DNA of 64,000 nucleotides from Iphione sp. A-MEVVRFRX5 (Eukaryota). Position numbers and translations under genes: made by a program. The stretch covers positions 78,492,001 to 78,556,000 of the forward strand of contig OZ320317.1 in assembly GCA_976226885.1 (NCBI GenBank). Reading direction: 5' to 3'. Numbering within the stretch: the stretch's first letter is position 1; each line of letters opens with the position of its first letter. The notes below the pieces were generated by a model. The model had not been told where the DNA came from and ran no database searches. It saw nothing but the letters and a program-made list of their open reading frames with translations. Positions 52,971-64,000 of the stretch are shown in pieces.

Positions 52971-54049
52971 TCAGCGTCTACAGACTGTGCTGAAGCCAGG
53001 GCGTCGAGGGTGATATTCCTTGGAGGTGCTACTGAGCCGTGTGGTGTGTATTTGGTCGGCACCAGACGGCCGGTCAACAAATCCCTGTCCGCTCACTCCG
53101 GCAGTCCCGCTTAGGGTTGAAGTTGTTGGAGGGGGATGGGCTGGGGAGTAGGGGTCACCCCGACTCTTCCCCCGATCCCTCCCACCCACCTTCCCGGACG
53201 CCGACCCACGGTGAGAACTGAACACCGTTCAGCCTACTGCTTCTCTCCGCCGGAAAACAGGCAGAGGGAGGACTTTCAATGATTGCTGTCCATCTGGTGG
53301 GCTGGAGGCCCGGCAGACTGCTGGATGCGAGCCTTCTAGAGTGCCTTTTTTCCGGGCAGCTTGTTTGCAGGGCACTCAGCCGTGGACTGTGCGACGCGAG
53401 CACGCCTTTCAACGGGCCTGTCGCCAACGTGGGGCCTAATCTGGCAGTATGAATCTAGGCACACGCTATTGGCTTGTATTTCCTGTTGATGTTTCTCCTC
53501 CTCCTCCAGACGACAACAGCGCCCGTCATCTTCTACAGTCGACACCTGGCCCCATCTATTCGCCTTCAATCTCTGACGGAGGCGGCTACCTTTTTCATTA
53601 ACACTACAACAACACCATCAATTGGAGTTCTTGCAGCACAGAATATACTGCAAGCACGTCGTGCTAAACAACGATTGATAACTGTTATCTAATCAGCTCG
53701 TTGTCAATTCAATCCGGACGCCTTAGCCGAATGTCGACAATCTTAGAATCTGGGTCAGAGCCCATAACCGACCTTGGATTTTATGAACACAACCAGCCAG
53801 AAGTGGTGAGGTCGACGAATGACAAGTCTAAAATAGGTCACATTTCGTCGAGCCAACCAGCGCCCAAAGCCCCTCTTTGACCTTGGGAGTTGACCTCAAT
53901 TACCTGAGCTGCTCGATAAGACGCAGGACAAAGCCAGCCTGCGTGGCTGGCCGCCTCCCGCCCAAACATTTTGATATAGCAGTAATAGTGGACGCTACCC
54001 CGCCCATGCTAGTAATAACGGCTCCGCTTGATGGCGCTTCGGCGTCAGA

Positions 54050-54069
54050 GTCACGTGATGCGCATGCGC
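54050..54069. promoter_or_regulatory. Overlapping E-box (GTCACGTGAT) and NRF1-type motif (TGCGCATGCGC) in a CpG-rich patch
   Basis: Exact motif matches; function inferred. Confidence 0.4.
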
Positions 54070-55082
54070 CACCAGCGGTACTGCGGGCAGCGCTAAATAT
54101 GGTTAGGCGGTGGGAGGGTTGGATAGCAATGCTGAATAACGTACATTACCCGGGTCTGGATCCTCTGCTCTCAGCTGCTCTCCGCCATGGTGATACCCCC
54201 CCCCCTCCCCAGGCATCCCTACCCCCCTAACTTTTATGCCCTCATTCCTTCACCTAACATTGCGCATGGCATGGGGTTCCCGGCGGGGATTCAATTCATA
54301 TTAGGCCCCTGTGCAATTGCCCCCGTCGAGTGTATCCCCAATCTGTTTCCCTGGCTGGCTTTTATTCCACCTTTGCCCGAGCTGTCCCCCATCCCAATGT
54401 TGATGAATGACAGAGGCGGACGAAGATTGAGTGAATTACCGCTGGTCGGCAGCACAAAAGAAGGCGGCAGCGCAAAGATGAACGGTGAAGGTTAGATTGG
54501 ACCCACCTTTGGCGACGCTTAAATGGAAAAATAGTTATCCCCGCGTGCCAACACGGCACCGAGATTCGTAGCTATTGGCCAGCACGATAGCCTCTTAGAG
54601 ACTTCGGTTCGCCATACCTCAACTGTATAGAGGACGGGGGTCGTAACCTGCATCCTGAAAATGTGAACAATGTCAAATTCCATTCTATAGTTTGCAACCA
54701 AACCACACACACTGCCTAAGTGAATTTGTATTTCAGGGACCAATGCTCAAGTGGACAACCACGATCAATGTATTAGATGAACTGAATTGGTCGAAGTAGT
54801 TTCAGGGAATGTAAAACAGCATTTAGCTACCCACCTAGCCGACCATTCCTACTCGACCCACACCTTCTCCTGGGCGTACAAGCGGCCACTCCTCCGCTGT
54901 TCGCCGCCCGCACCTTTTCTATTCCACCCCACCTTCGTGACACACCCACTACCTCTTCCAGTCCGCACACCCCTGACTCCATGCTTCACCTACCCTACCT
55001 TCACTCCTCCCTCCCATTCCCCTGGGAGATGCTTCTCTTCCAATGCATCCCTCATCCCCTCGTCAGCCTCAGTATCCAACTC

Positions 55083-55128
55083 CCACCAGATGGCGCCCTG
55101 TGGACTGCGGATAGAGCGCCGCCATCTT
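55083..55128. promoter_or_regulatory. CTCF-consensus site (CCACCAGATGGCGC) next to a YY1-consensus site (CCGCCATCTT)
   Basis: Exact motif matches 22 bp apart; function inferred. Confidence 0.45.
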
Positions 55129-58100
55129 GGTGCTTCCTATCACGTCCAACTTAAAGTGTCCTCGCGGGCGTTGAGGCTGAGAGTCCGGCTGCAAATTCAG
55201 ATCACATACATAATGAATGCCAATTGCGTGCTTCCTTCGCATTAGGGTGTAAAACCGAGGTTCGGTCCTTAGGAGCCCCAGCAGTAAGGAAAGGCAGTGA
55301 CTGACATTACGCTTGTCTGCCTAGGTCGGGCAGCTGTCCGCCGCAGGCACAGGCTTAAAAATCAGCGCCGTGATTGAGACTGCTTGTCAAGATGGCAGTT
55401 TACAGCCAGAACAACACCACACCTGGAGGCTACGACCGACATACGGCATGCTGACTCCTTGTGACTGCAGCAGACAGTCTGCCCACGGTTCTGGGCCGAT
55501 ATATTAATAGAGATCATCAAACCTTCGGCGTATGGACAGTATTGAAGCTGGAAGTGGAGGGAACTGCGTCTCACTGTCTTGTCATTTTAGTTTGCTGTAC
55601 AAAACATTTTAATCTGCAAGGAAACAGGAACTAAGACGAACGGCTGTAGTCCTGATGTAATATAAAACTTGTACCGTAAAATAACTACGGTACTGGCTCA
55701 AGTTAACAAGCAATCATCAACTCACAATACTATCTTCCAAGCTCAGGTAATTTCATCTTTTGTTCTGAAAAACATATTTGTGATGAATCCCACTGAACAG
55801 GTTTTAGCACACTACCACAAAATAACGGCTACATTAAGGTAATTCTTGCGGCTATTTTAAATACCACTAAAATGGAATATGTAAAGATCTCAGAAGGCAT
55901 GTGTAAACATGCTTTATTTGCTCCATGTGTACTAAATAGGACAGCAGTTCCCTTGAAACTTTTCACATTCGCTAACTTTACATATATATTTCCATAGAGC
56001 AAAAGTCTGCTTCACATCAGAAACTTATCTATATTATTACTTAGGGAGAGTGATAAAATGTTACGAGACACATCACCAAAATGGAAACGATGGATAATGT
56101 ATCCCTTATCAGCTGGTAATGCCAGTCCGCCATATCAGCGGGAGGTGCTGTCGTTTCAGTGACATGTGACTGCCTCCAGCATGGCCCCCTCACCCACATT
56201 CACACCACCTTTCGCCTCTATGGCGCCGCAAAGAGCTCCCAAGGGCAGGCAAGGACGCTTCTCAAGTGGAGACGCGATCAAAATGAAATTAGTAGCGACT
56301 GAAGCGCCGGCCTGAAAGCTAACCCGGTAAGCAGGCCTCAAGGACGTCCGGTGTTTGAAGTGAGGCGTAGAGTTGGGGACCCAAACCAAGCCAAAGGTGT
56401 GAATGGGCCAGACGAAAAACCTTGAAACAGCATTCCCATCGGCATAGCACGACACTCTCCTTTTTCCCCTGTAAGTTCGACTCCGAATTTAAAAAAGTCT
56501 CTTTCGAATTCCATTTGTTTGCACCACTTCGTCTGTAGTCGAGCGGTACCATAGTTATCAAGTCCCAAACAGTTCAAGACATCTTTGTATTACGGTCATG
56601 TTTTACAACCGACGTACATTTAGAGACTCGGATATGCAGTAGGCCACTTCATGCGAACATATATGATGAAGCTGGAGAAAAGAAAATGCTTGGTTCCGTG
56701 TGCATGTGACTTCCTGAAGTAACCATATTTGTAATGATGTCATTGAAGGGCACGGAAAAGACAAGTTAATCAAAAGGGACGAGAATTCTCTCTCTGCGTC
56801 TTAACGACATTTCCTGCATCTGAGGATCGTTCGTCAAAGCGGCAGGAGGAGAGAGATTCGACTGGCTCCCCCGATTATGCTAATGATGTAGCCAGTAAAC
56901 CGCCTTCCGAAAGCCGGTTTAATGAACTGCTACTAGAAAGTATTTTTGAGATAATATGTCTACTCTACGTTCAAGCAAAGGTGCAGGCATTTTATCGTCG
57001 AATGCAAATGACTAGTCCAGTTGAATATTTGATTAATAACCTCTCCATATACAGGTATACACAACATGTAATGCAAATCATAAATGCAAGTATATTACTA
57101 ATATTGTGGATACACATTGACATTCAGCCTTGTGTTTTGTAAAGCAACAGCCGATGTATTAGACATAAACCCATGTACCAATTAGACATTCTAGATGAAT
57201 TCCTCAAATGCCTCAACAAATTTCACAGAATGTCCCTTGTATATGTGAAGAGAGTCCGAGTCGAAAGGGTAACAGATGTATTCTTGTGTGGAACTTGACA
57301 CTGTTCGGTGGATATATTTGTATTGATCGTTCTCTGAAGGGCAGTAGAGACATCGAAGACAGTTGGTGGCTTCTTTAAACACTCACAAGTAGAAGAATCA
57401 TCGAAAGGAGCAGCTCAAAGATAGACGAGGACTGCTCAAGGTCAGTGGACGTTAATAAATACTACATCCATCTCGAGGAAACAAATTAATCAGTCTGAAC
57501 CTTCGCCCTTGGCGCCATTCCCAAAGACAACGACTCCAGCTGCTCGTCCTGCTCGACCAACAGGGCCGAGTCACCAGGCACGTAGCCGGAGCCAAGTCGG
57601 CGAGCGGCTCGCTATGTGTCAGCAGTTTTTTTTGTTTTTCCCCCAAATCCAGACGACAGTCTAGTCTTACCCCCACTTCTGCTTGGCGTCATTTGCGGGG
57701 ATTTTTCTCCAGGTTTAAGGGGTGGTCGTTAGCAATCTAACCTCGGCGCGTTCAGCTCACCTGTCAATCAATGGAATTTGTGTCCGTAGGGGGTTGCGCT
57801 CAGGGAGGCAAGCTGCTACTGCCTGGTATTCAGGCGAGCTATTACAGCAACGACCAGTGCCTTCTATTCGGGATTTTGCTTATAGATGTTAATTGTGTGT
57901 AATCACAATGGAAGCCTTAAAAGCTTTTTGTTTGGACAAAATGCAATTTAATTGTCACGCATGTAATTAAGAGGCCAAAGGAACTTTCATGTTCTTCTAA
58001 TCGTGTTCAAAGTAGACAATTTGAGGTGAGTTTGCCCTTGGCTCATGTGCAACTGAAACCCCTTGCGAAGCTCATAACATGTCAACTTCTGGAGGTGTCA

Positions 58101-61032
58101 GGGATCTGATTTCCAAACACAGCGGTTTGGCAGTTTGCCATTACCCGCGAAACGGGTAGGGCAAGCGGCCAAAGACACTAGGTCGGTAATTTTATGGGTT
58201 TTCCGGGGAGACCTGAAATTGGTTCTGACAGACAGAAGCCGAGGAACAGTACATGTGATGAACTCCTGAATATTTCAAAATTCTTGGGGAAAGAATGCCA
58301 TGAGTACCATAAAATCGTGCACCCTGTAGTTACATGGTGTATACATTGTACATGTATACATTATAAAAGCGTTTGTTAGAGCAAACTGAATTATAACACA
58401 CATTTAAATAAGTAACAGATATTTCAGAAAGGGGCACAATACATGTATATCTGTAAGATAAATGGATAGATTTACTGTCATCAGCCCATATGATTCGCTG
58501 TGAATTGGTCGTAGAGATATTTCATCGCTGAATATTTCACTGACACGATATTGAAGGTAATTACAGAGACATCTCGCGCCAGATATGTATGCAAGAAAAA
58601 GAACACGAGACATCAGCAGTTGCTGATGAAATTGAATGAAGCGAGAGGAAAGGGCCCCTTTACGCTAGCATATGGTGCAGGGGACAAAAAGGCCCATGAA
58701 TAAAACATCGTCTCCAGTTGTTGGACCCTAAGCACTGCCACTCAGCCAACAGTGTAATGTGCAAGAGATTATTATCGGTAGGTATATATTCTACAGTCTG
58801 ACGCCTGTGAACGGGACGTCTGGATTTAATCAGGTGAACAGCTCCTGTCTGCCGTGCATAGACCGGTCTTTAGCTGGTTACCTCGTCTCCAGGTCTCCAA
58901 GTCAGCAGTACGGGCAATAACGAAGGGAGAATCAGTCGGACTTGCCCGATGGATAAATTAAGCTCATTATGTGTTGGCAAGACCGAATTATTCTCCATCA
59001 TGTTGTCTTTAATCTATCCATCACGGCTCGCGCCGATGCCTTGCTTGACTGAGATGATTGGTTTTCTGGTTTTCTTACACGCACCATTGTTAGCGGATTA
59101 TGGAAATCAATGTGACACGCACCTGTCGCATGCCACTTGCTTTGCGACCGCAGAGAGGCTTTTCCTAGCGGCGAAATGTGGCATCGGTTTCTATAGAATT
59201 TCTTCAACGAAAGGAAAGAGGAATTTTTTTTTTACTTTGGCTCGGTAACTGTGTTACCACTGCACGCACTGACTCTTCTGGTTAGCTACACTAGGCTTGT
59301 GAATACATGTATAGGTCAAGTTGTTAAAGATGCTGGTACGTGTAGCGTACGTAAATGTATGACTGAGACTGATGCATTTCCTCTACAACATGAAAGGCCT
59401 TTGCACACAGGATCGAACTTTGCACCACTGGCATTGTATGCTTCTTTTTATTCCTCATTTGAAGTATCAATACAAGGGGATATTTGATATCAGGAGGGAA
59501 CAGGGTGTGGTGTTAGGAAGCCTTTGGCTTTGCACCTTTTTTTTATAAGACAGGTGGTATGGAAGCCGAAATAGACTGGTATCTTTATCAACCTTTATAG
59601 CGGAACCCGTTGTGAGCCACTCGGGAGGGGGCCTCGCGGGACAACAGAGCAGTGCACCAAGCTACTCCAGCATCGCCGCTGCCTCTCCCTGTGAAGAGAA
59701 TGACCCCCTCCCCCGCCCCCCGCCACCCACTTCTGTCCACTGTATAGCCAGCCAGCCTCCCTCCCTCCGTTTTCCTAAACCCATGGACACCGCAGTACCA
59801 CAATGAACACCTGCATAATTGGTATACGGAACGTGAAGCGGCGGCGTTACGTGAGTATATGTAGCGTCATCGCATACATCATCGCTCGTCAGGCGCTTGG
59901 CGATCACCACGGAGGACAATATGAGCTGATGTGCCGGCGTACGTACTACCAGTGGGGCCAACAATACGTCCAATGCCATCAGCATCACACCTGCCACCAT
60001 CAAGTTGTATCATCTCTCACAAAGCACGCCATAGTGGCTACTGTAGAGGTCGGAGATGCCATCACAACGGATATCCCTAGAAGAATTCATAGATACTAAG
60101 ATTAGACTGCTTCAACTCTAATAACCCTGCCATTTCAAATACTCCAGTGTGTACGGCATCTTGCTCCCAATGCATACCAGAGAACTGTGTAAAAGGAGCT
60201 GGCTTTATGTTGCAAGTTTATCCAGACACCTTCATGTCAATGAGGTGTCTCCTTTTCCTCATTACTTTCCGAAATTGTGTTCTTGGAAATACCGCTTACT
60301 AGGACTATTCGTACGGACCTAACATTCTTATACATCTACCACTACATTTAGCCACACGATGGACGGGCCAACAAAGGCGGTTTTAATTCAGCACAGTATT
60401 TTCCATACATTTCTATATCGTTAACACCCATATTTGAAAGAACAGTGAGTCTGGGCACAAGATAGGCTTTTTCACCACAATGCAGACGCCTATGGCTTTT
60501 ATTTATCTACTATACTGATACTTCTGCTAAGAAAAGATCACTTTCTTTAAATTCTTGGTTATACATGTTTTTGTAAAATTTTCATGCATATATATTCGTT
60601 CTCTGGAGATACATTTCTTACTGAATTGTCTAAGAATGTTATCGGGACAACAATTTCTTAACCACTAGATAAAAGCATTTTAAGAACATTTTACACAACA
60701 GTTTTCCGACCACCTTCTTAGAATGTCCTTGAAATGTCCTCTTAAATCAACCGTCTCGAAGTTTTAGAAACATCCGTCGGAAAAAATTCTCCATGAAGCA
60801 AAGAACATTTTAGAAACACATCAATACATTATTTTAGGAATACAACAATAAATGCTTTAACAAGGATTTTATGACAGGTATTTCAACACCTCAAACTCTT
60901 TGTATTCAGTTTATATCAGACATAAGGGAGACGAAGATGCTACTGCTTCCTACAACCTGGTTTTAACTGAGTTCAGTATAACTAGGTTTTCCAGAAAATA
61001 GAGACTACCTACATACATACATTACCACTTCT

Positions 61033-61364
61033 GGGAGTTAGCTCAGTTGGTAAGAGTGCTGACTAGCACTGGTCCACTGATCAAGAGGTCACAAGTTCAA
61101 TCCCAGGACTGGCACTCTTGATCATGACCAGACAGATTTACTGTAGCCCCAACCCAGACTTGTCCACAACTTATAAAAAGGCTATGGGTATGTAAGATTT
61201 TGTCTTCTATATACAAAAAGACCTGAGAAGCCTATTTGAAATAAGAATAGGGGGCAACCTTGGGTACTTCTCAATAATAGATAATAGTATGCTACCCCAG
61301 TAGGATGTGGAAGAACCGCTTAAATGATATCTGAATATCTAGTTCCTGGTAAAAGAAAAAAAAA
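61033..61364 (+). mobile_element. tRNA-derived SINE, apparently full length, antisense within intron 1
   Basis: tRNA-like head with A box TAGCTCAGTTGG (61039-61050) and B box-like GTTCAATCCC (61095-61104), an unrelated body and an A-rich tail. A second copy is at 1-126. Confidence 0.8.
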
Positions 61365-61513
61365 TTAAATGTACAGCCATCTCCTATCAATATCACACTA
61401 CCATCCCTGCAACCGTCTGACAACCACAGAATATATGGTCACCAGTTTCTATAAAATAGGTCTTGAGCCTGTCCTATCATCATGCATGCAAGGCGCACTG
61501 ATCGTATGATGGT

Positions 61514-61600
61514 AAGACCAAAGTTGGTATTATTCTGGGGACCTGACTGCAAGACCAAAGTTGATATTATTCCGGGAACCTGAATGCAAGACAAACGTTG
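61514..61600. repeat. 37-bp tandem duplication, about 2.3 copies
   Basis: AAGAC(C)AAAGTTG at 61514, 61551 and 61588. Confidence 0.8.
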
Positions 61601-62712
61601 ATTTAAGCAGTTTCATTTGGTCGGGTACACTATGCAGTGCGAACTGAGTATATGGTTATGCTATGTTTTCTATAAAAGGACAAATCATTCATTGACGTAA
61701 ATGGCAAACTAAATGTTCAAACATAATTAACAAATTCTCCCCTATTCTCTAAATCGCTAAGAAATAAGACCATAGCACCTAAAACTAACTTGCCAATCAT
61801 CACCCAGAACATTGCAGCTCACTGACTATACCCATCACCATCACTAAGACAGATTACCACATATCTAAAACCAAAGAGTACCGAGCCCTGAGCTCCTCTG
61901 ACTAGCTAGGCGGGGAGGCCACCACTTCTGCCAACATGGTGCCACTCTCTTAGTTCCCTCCATTAGGAGGTACCACCGAGTCATCCGGAGTGGCCACCTC
62001 CCTTCCCAGCGCCAAGATTGATCTGTGCAATGTCCGTACAACCGGCAGTCGTATTGATAGCAGCAGCATATGGATGCACGGATGGCCGAGAGAGAAGCTG
62101 CTCTGACAGAAAGCCACCCAGACCGTATCCTTTCAATATATAGCTGAGGGGGGCTGGCTTCTCACAAAACCGTGCATCATCTACTCAGTAGGGATTTCAC
62201 GCTATTTGACTCTCTCATGTAATGTTCCTTGAGGTTCTTTTTCTCCTGGCAACCACTTTCGTCTGGGCTCCCTATGGTAAGGCCCCCTTTACAATAAATT
62301 ACCGTAAGGGAATGGCAGCTGAAATATTTATCTTTTTTTCCCTTAAATGTACTATTCCTCTCACACAAGGCCATAAATTGCAAGCATCATGCATTTTTGC
62401 ACTAATTAATTACGTTCAGTCTCGCAGGAATAGCCCTCTCCTGGCTGCAGCTGCAGTCTTATCTGATGGAGTGTTCACGATTGTAAATGGACATTTGATT
62501 ATCGCCGAGCGATTCTGTGTCTGCAATTACATCGCAGCCAGTCGGGAAGACAAAGAAACGAAATGTGCCGCGCTGCGTACAACCGAAGTAGAACCTAACA
62601 AACAGCATCCTTTTAAACAAAAGGACACTTCCTTTGTTAAATTCCCAGTTCATTTTCCGAATTACCATAATATGTACGCTTTAATGTAAATATGAACGGT
62701 AACGACACTTAC

Positions 62713-62782
62713 CTTTATTCCAGGCTTGTTGTACACAGGCTAGGACTACGATAGCCTGAAGAACTCGCGTAAAGCAGGTCAT
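62713..62782 (-). CDS. Candidate coding exon 1 (signal peptide) of the nAChR-alpha-like gene: MTCFTRVLQAIVVLACVQQAWNK(G)
   Basis: GCCATG start at 62782-62780 with an in-frame TAA upstream. Basic n-region and hydrophobic h-region. Ends in a consensus phase-1 donor AAAG|GTAAGT, matching the phase-1 acceptor of exon 2 (G+GG = Gly). Linkage across 36 kb is inferred. Confidence 0.65.
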
Positions 62783-64000
62783 GGCTAAGCCTTGGGCGAC
62801 AGCAATAACTATTGGAGAGGCTGGAATCAAAGGGAAAACGAATTAGGGCGATGTTGGTGGAGTGCTTTCGACAAATCCTGCAGTACATTTGACAACGGAC
62901 TTGCATACATCAGTTTTATATATTCACATACAGTGTAAAACAGCCTTTAAGATCATTAACTGAGATACTGAATCTTCTTTGTATAAATACATGTATAACC
63001 ATATCGGCGATTTGACATAGAGTACACAGTTTTAAGACTGGGACACATAATTTTATCGACTTGTAAACAACATATATGCGTTTTATTATCTCGAGTAAGA
63101 GTTCGCATCTTCCTTTCAAGTATTTTATGTGAGAGAAAAAATAACAACGAATATGTTCATTCATTCTGTTTGTCCCTACTGCCCAACTACATGTACAATG
63201 ACATTTATTCTCTGGAAACATGCATCCCCAAAGGAAATTCGACAGAGTTTGTTGCAAAAGGAAATATCAAGTCAAAAAGGACTGGGCATTGAGTCGGAAC
63301 ACATGTCTTCATGGTGTGAAGGAAAGTAAAAAGAGGTCGGACTAAAGACCCAGTGGATGTCTCATTCAATAGTAAATAACTGCTTGTATTAAGAGTGAAT
63401 GCCTTAGACTTGCTTAGACTTGGGTAGCCGTTGAATTAATTTTTGAATCTATATGTAAATAGAAATAGCACTGGACGGCTTGTGTCATAGCACCTTCATA
63501 GTTGAACTATTTCGCGCTTCACCTACTTGGGCCCTAACCAAATTACTGCCTGTTTGCTTCAAAAATTGCATCTGTAGATCTGTGTACTGGCATTTTTGGC
63601 CGTTAGACAACCATAATAACTGATGTGTAGAAAATTGGTAAAATCTCCATAATCTATTATTATTTTTATTGCCTTTGTCACAATAACTGCAGAAGTCAAA
63701 GGTGTTCTCAAGAATAATACTAGTGATATATATTTCAGTTTTGCTCGGTTTTCCCCTGTCGAACGCACATTTAAAGTTTATATGCTCTCCTTGAATTATT
63801 TAAACGAAGCTAAGAATACACTACGTAATTACCTCCCAGGAAATTTTCTCTTTAGATATTCACACGACGAGCTACTCGCTTAAAGTCTGGTTGACATCTG
63901 ACTCTACGCCTGGCAACAGGCAACTCATCTGTAGTCTCTCGGTGAATACATGTCCACGTTGGCGCCGCCGCCCAATTGGAGTGGCGTTGCTGGCAGAAGG

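Noticed and set aside
59600-60100. CpG-rich stretch with overlapping ORFs on both strands
   Set aside because: No motif recognised in any frame; cannot be assigned without a database search.
61033-61110. Functional tRNA gene
   Set aside because: No matching 3' acceptor stem, an irregular anticodon arm, and it continues into a body shared with a second copy: a SINE head.
62222-62689. 155-aa plus-strand ORF; also 43202-43783, 50051-50560 and 54787-55245
   Set aside because: No recognisable domain, codon bias or splice architecture; consistent with chance ORFs in intron 1.

Overview
Intron-rich animal genomic DNA from a scaffolded draft (two N gaps), most likely a marine invertebrate; the species cannot be determined from sequence. 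One protein-coding gene spans nearly the whole window on the minus strand: a Cys-loop pentameric ligand-gated ion channel of the nicotinic acetylcholine receptor alpha type. I assembled six coding exons by hand (62713-62782, 26350-26495, 14416-14460, 13393-13502, 12086-12624, 8698-9332). They total 1545 nt, or 514 aa plus stop, with GT-AG junctions and compatible phases throughout. Exons 1, 3 and 4 are absent from the ORF track; exon 1, 36 kb upstream of exon 2, is the least certain. The predicted protein keeps the Cys-loop, the vicinal Cys-Cys and a cation-type GEK pore. However, four of the five canonical acetylcholine aromatic-box positions are changed and the K145/Y190/D200 triad is lost, which suggests a cation channel gated by something other than acetylcholine. 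The rest is intron and flank with transposon fossils (piggyBac, pogo/Tigger, L2-like and possibly RTE-like LINE, Harbinger and Tc1/pogo MITEs, a tRNA-SINE, an LTR-like element), tandem repeats and several CpG-rich motif clusters. I see no convincing second gene.
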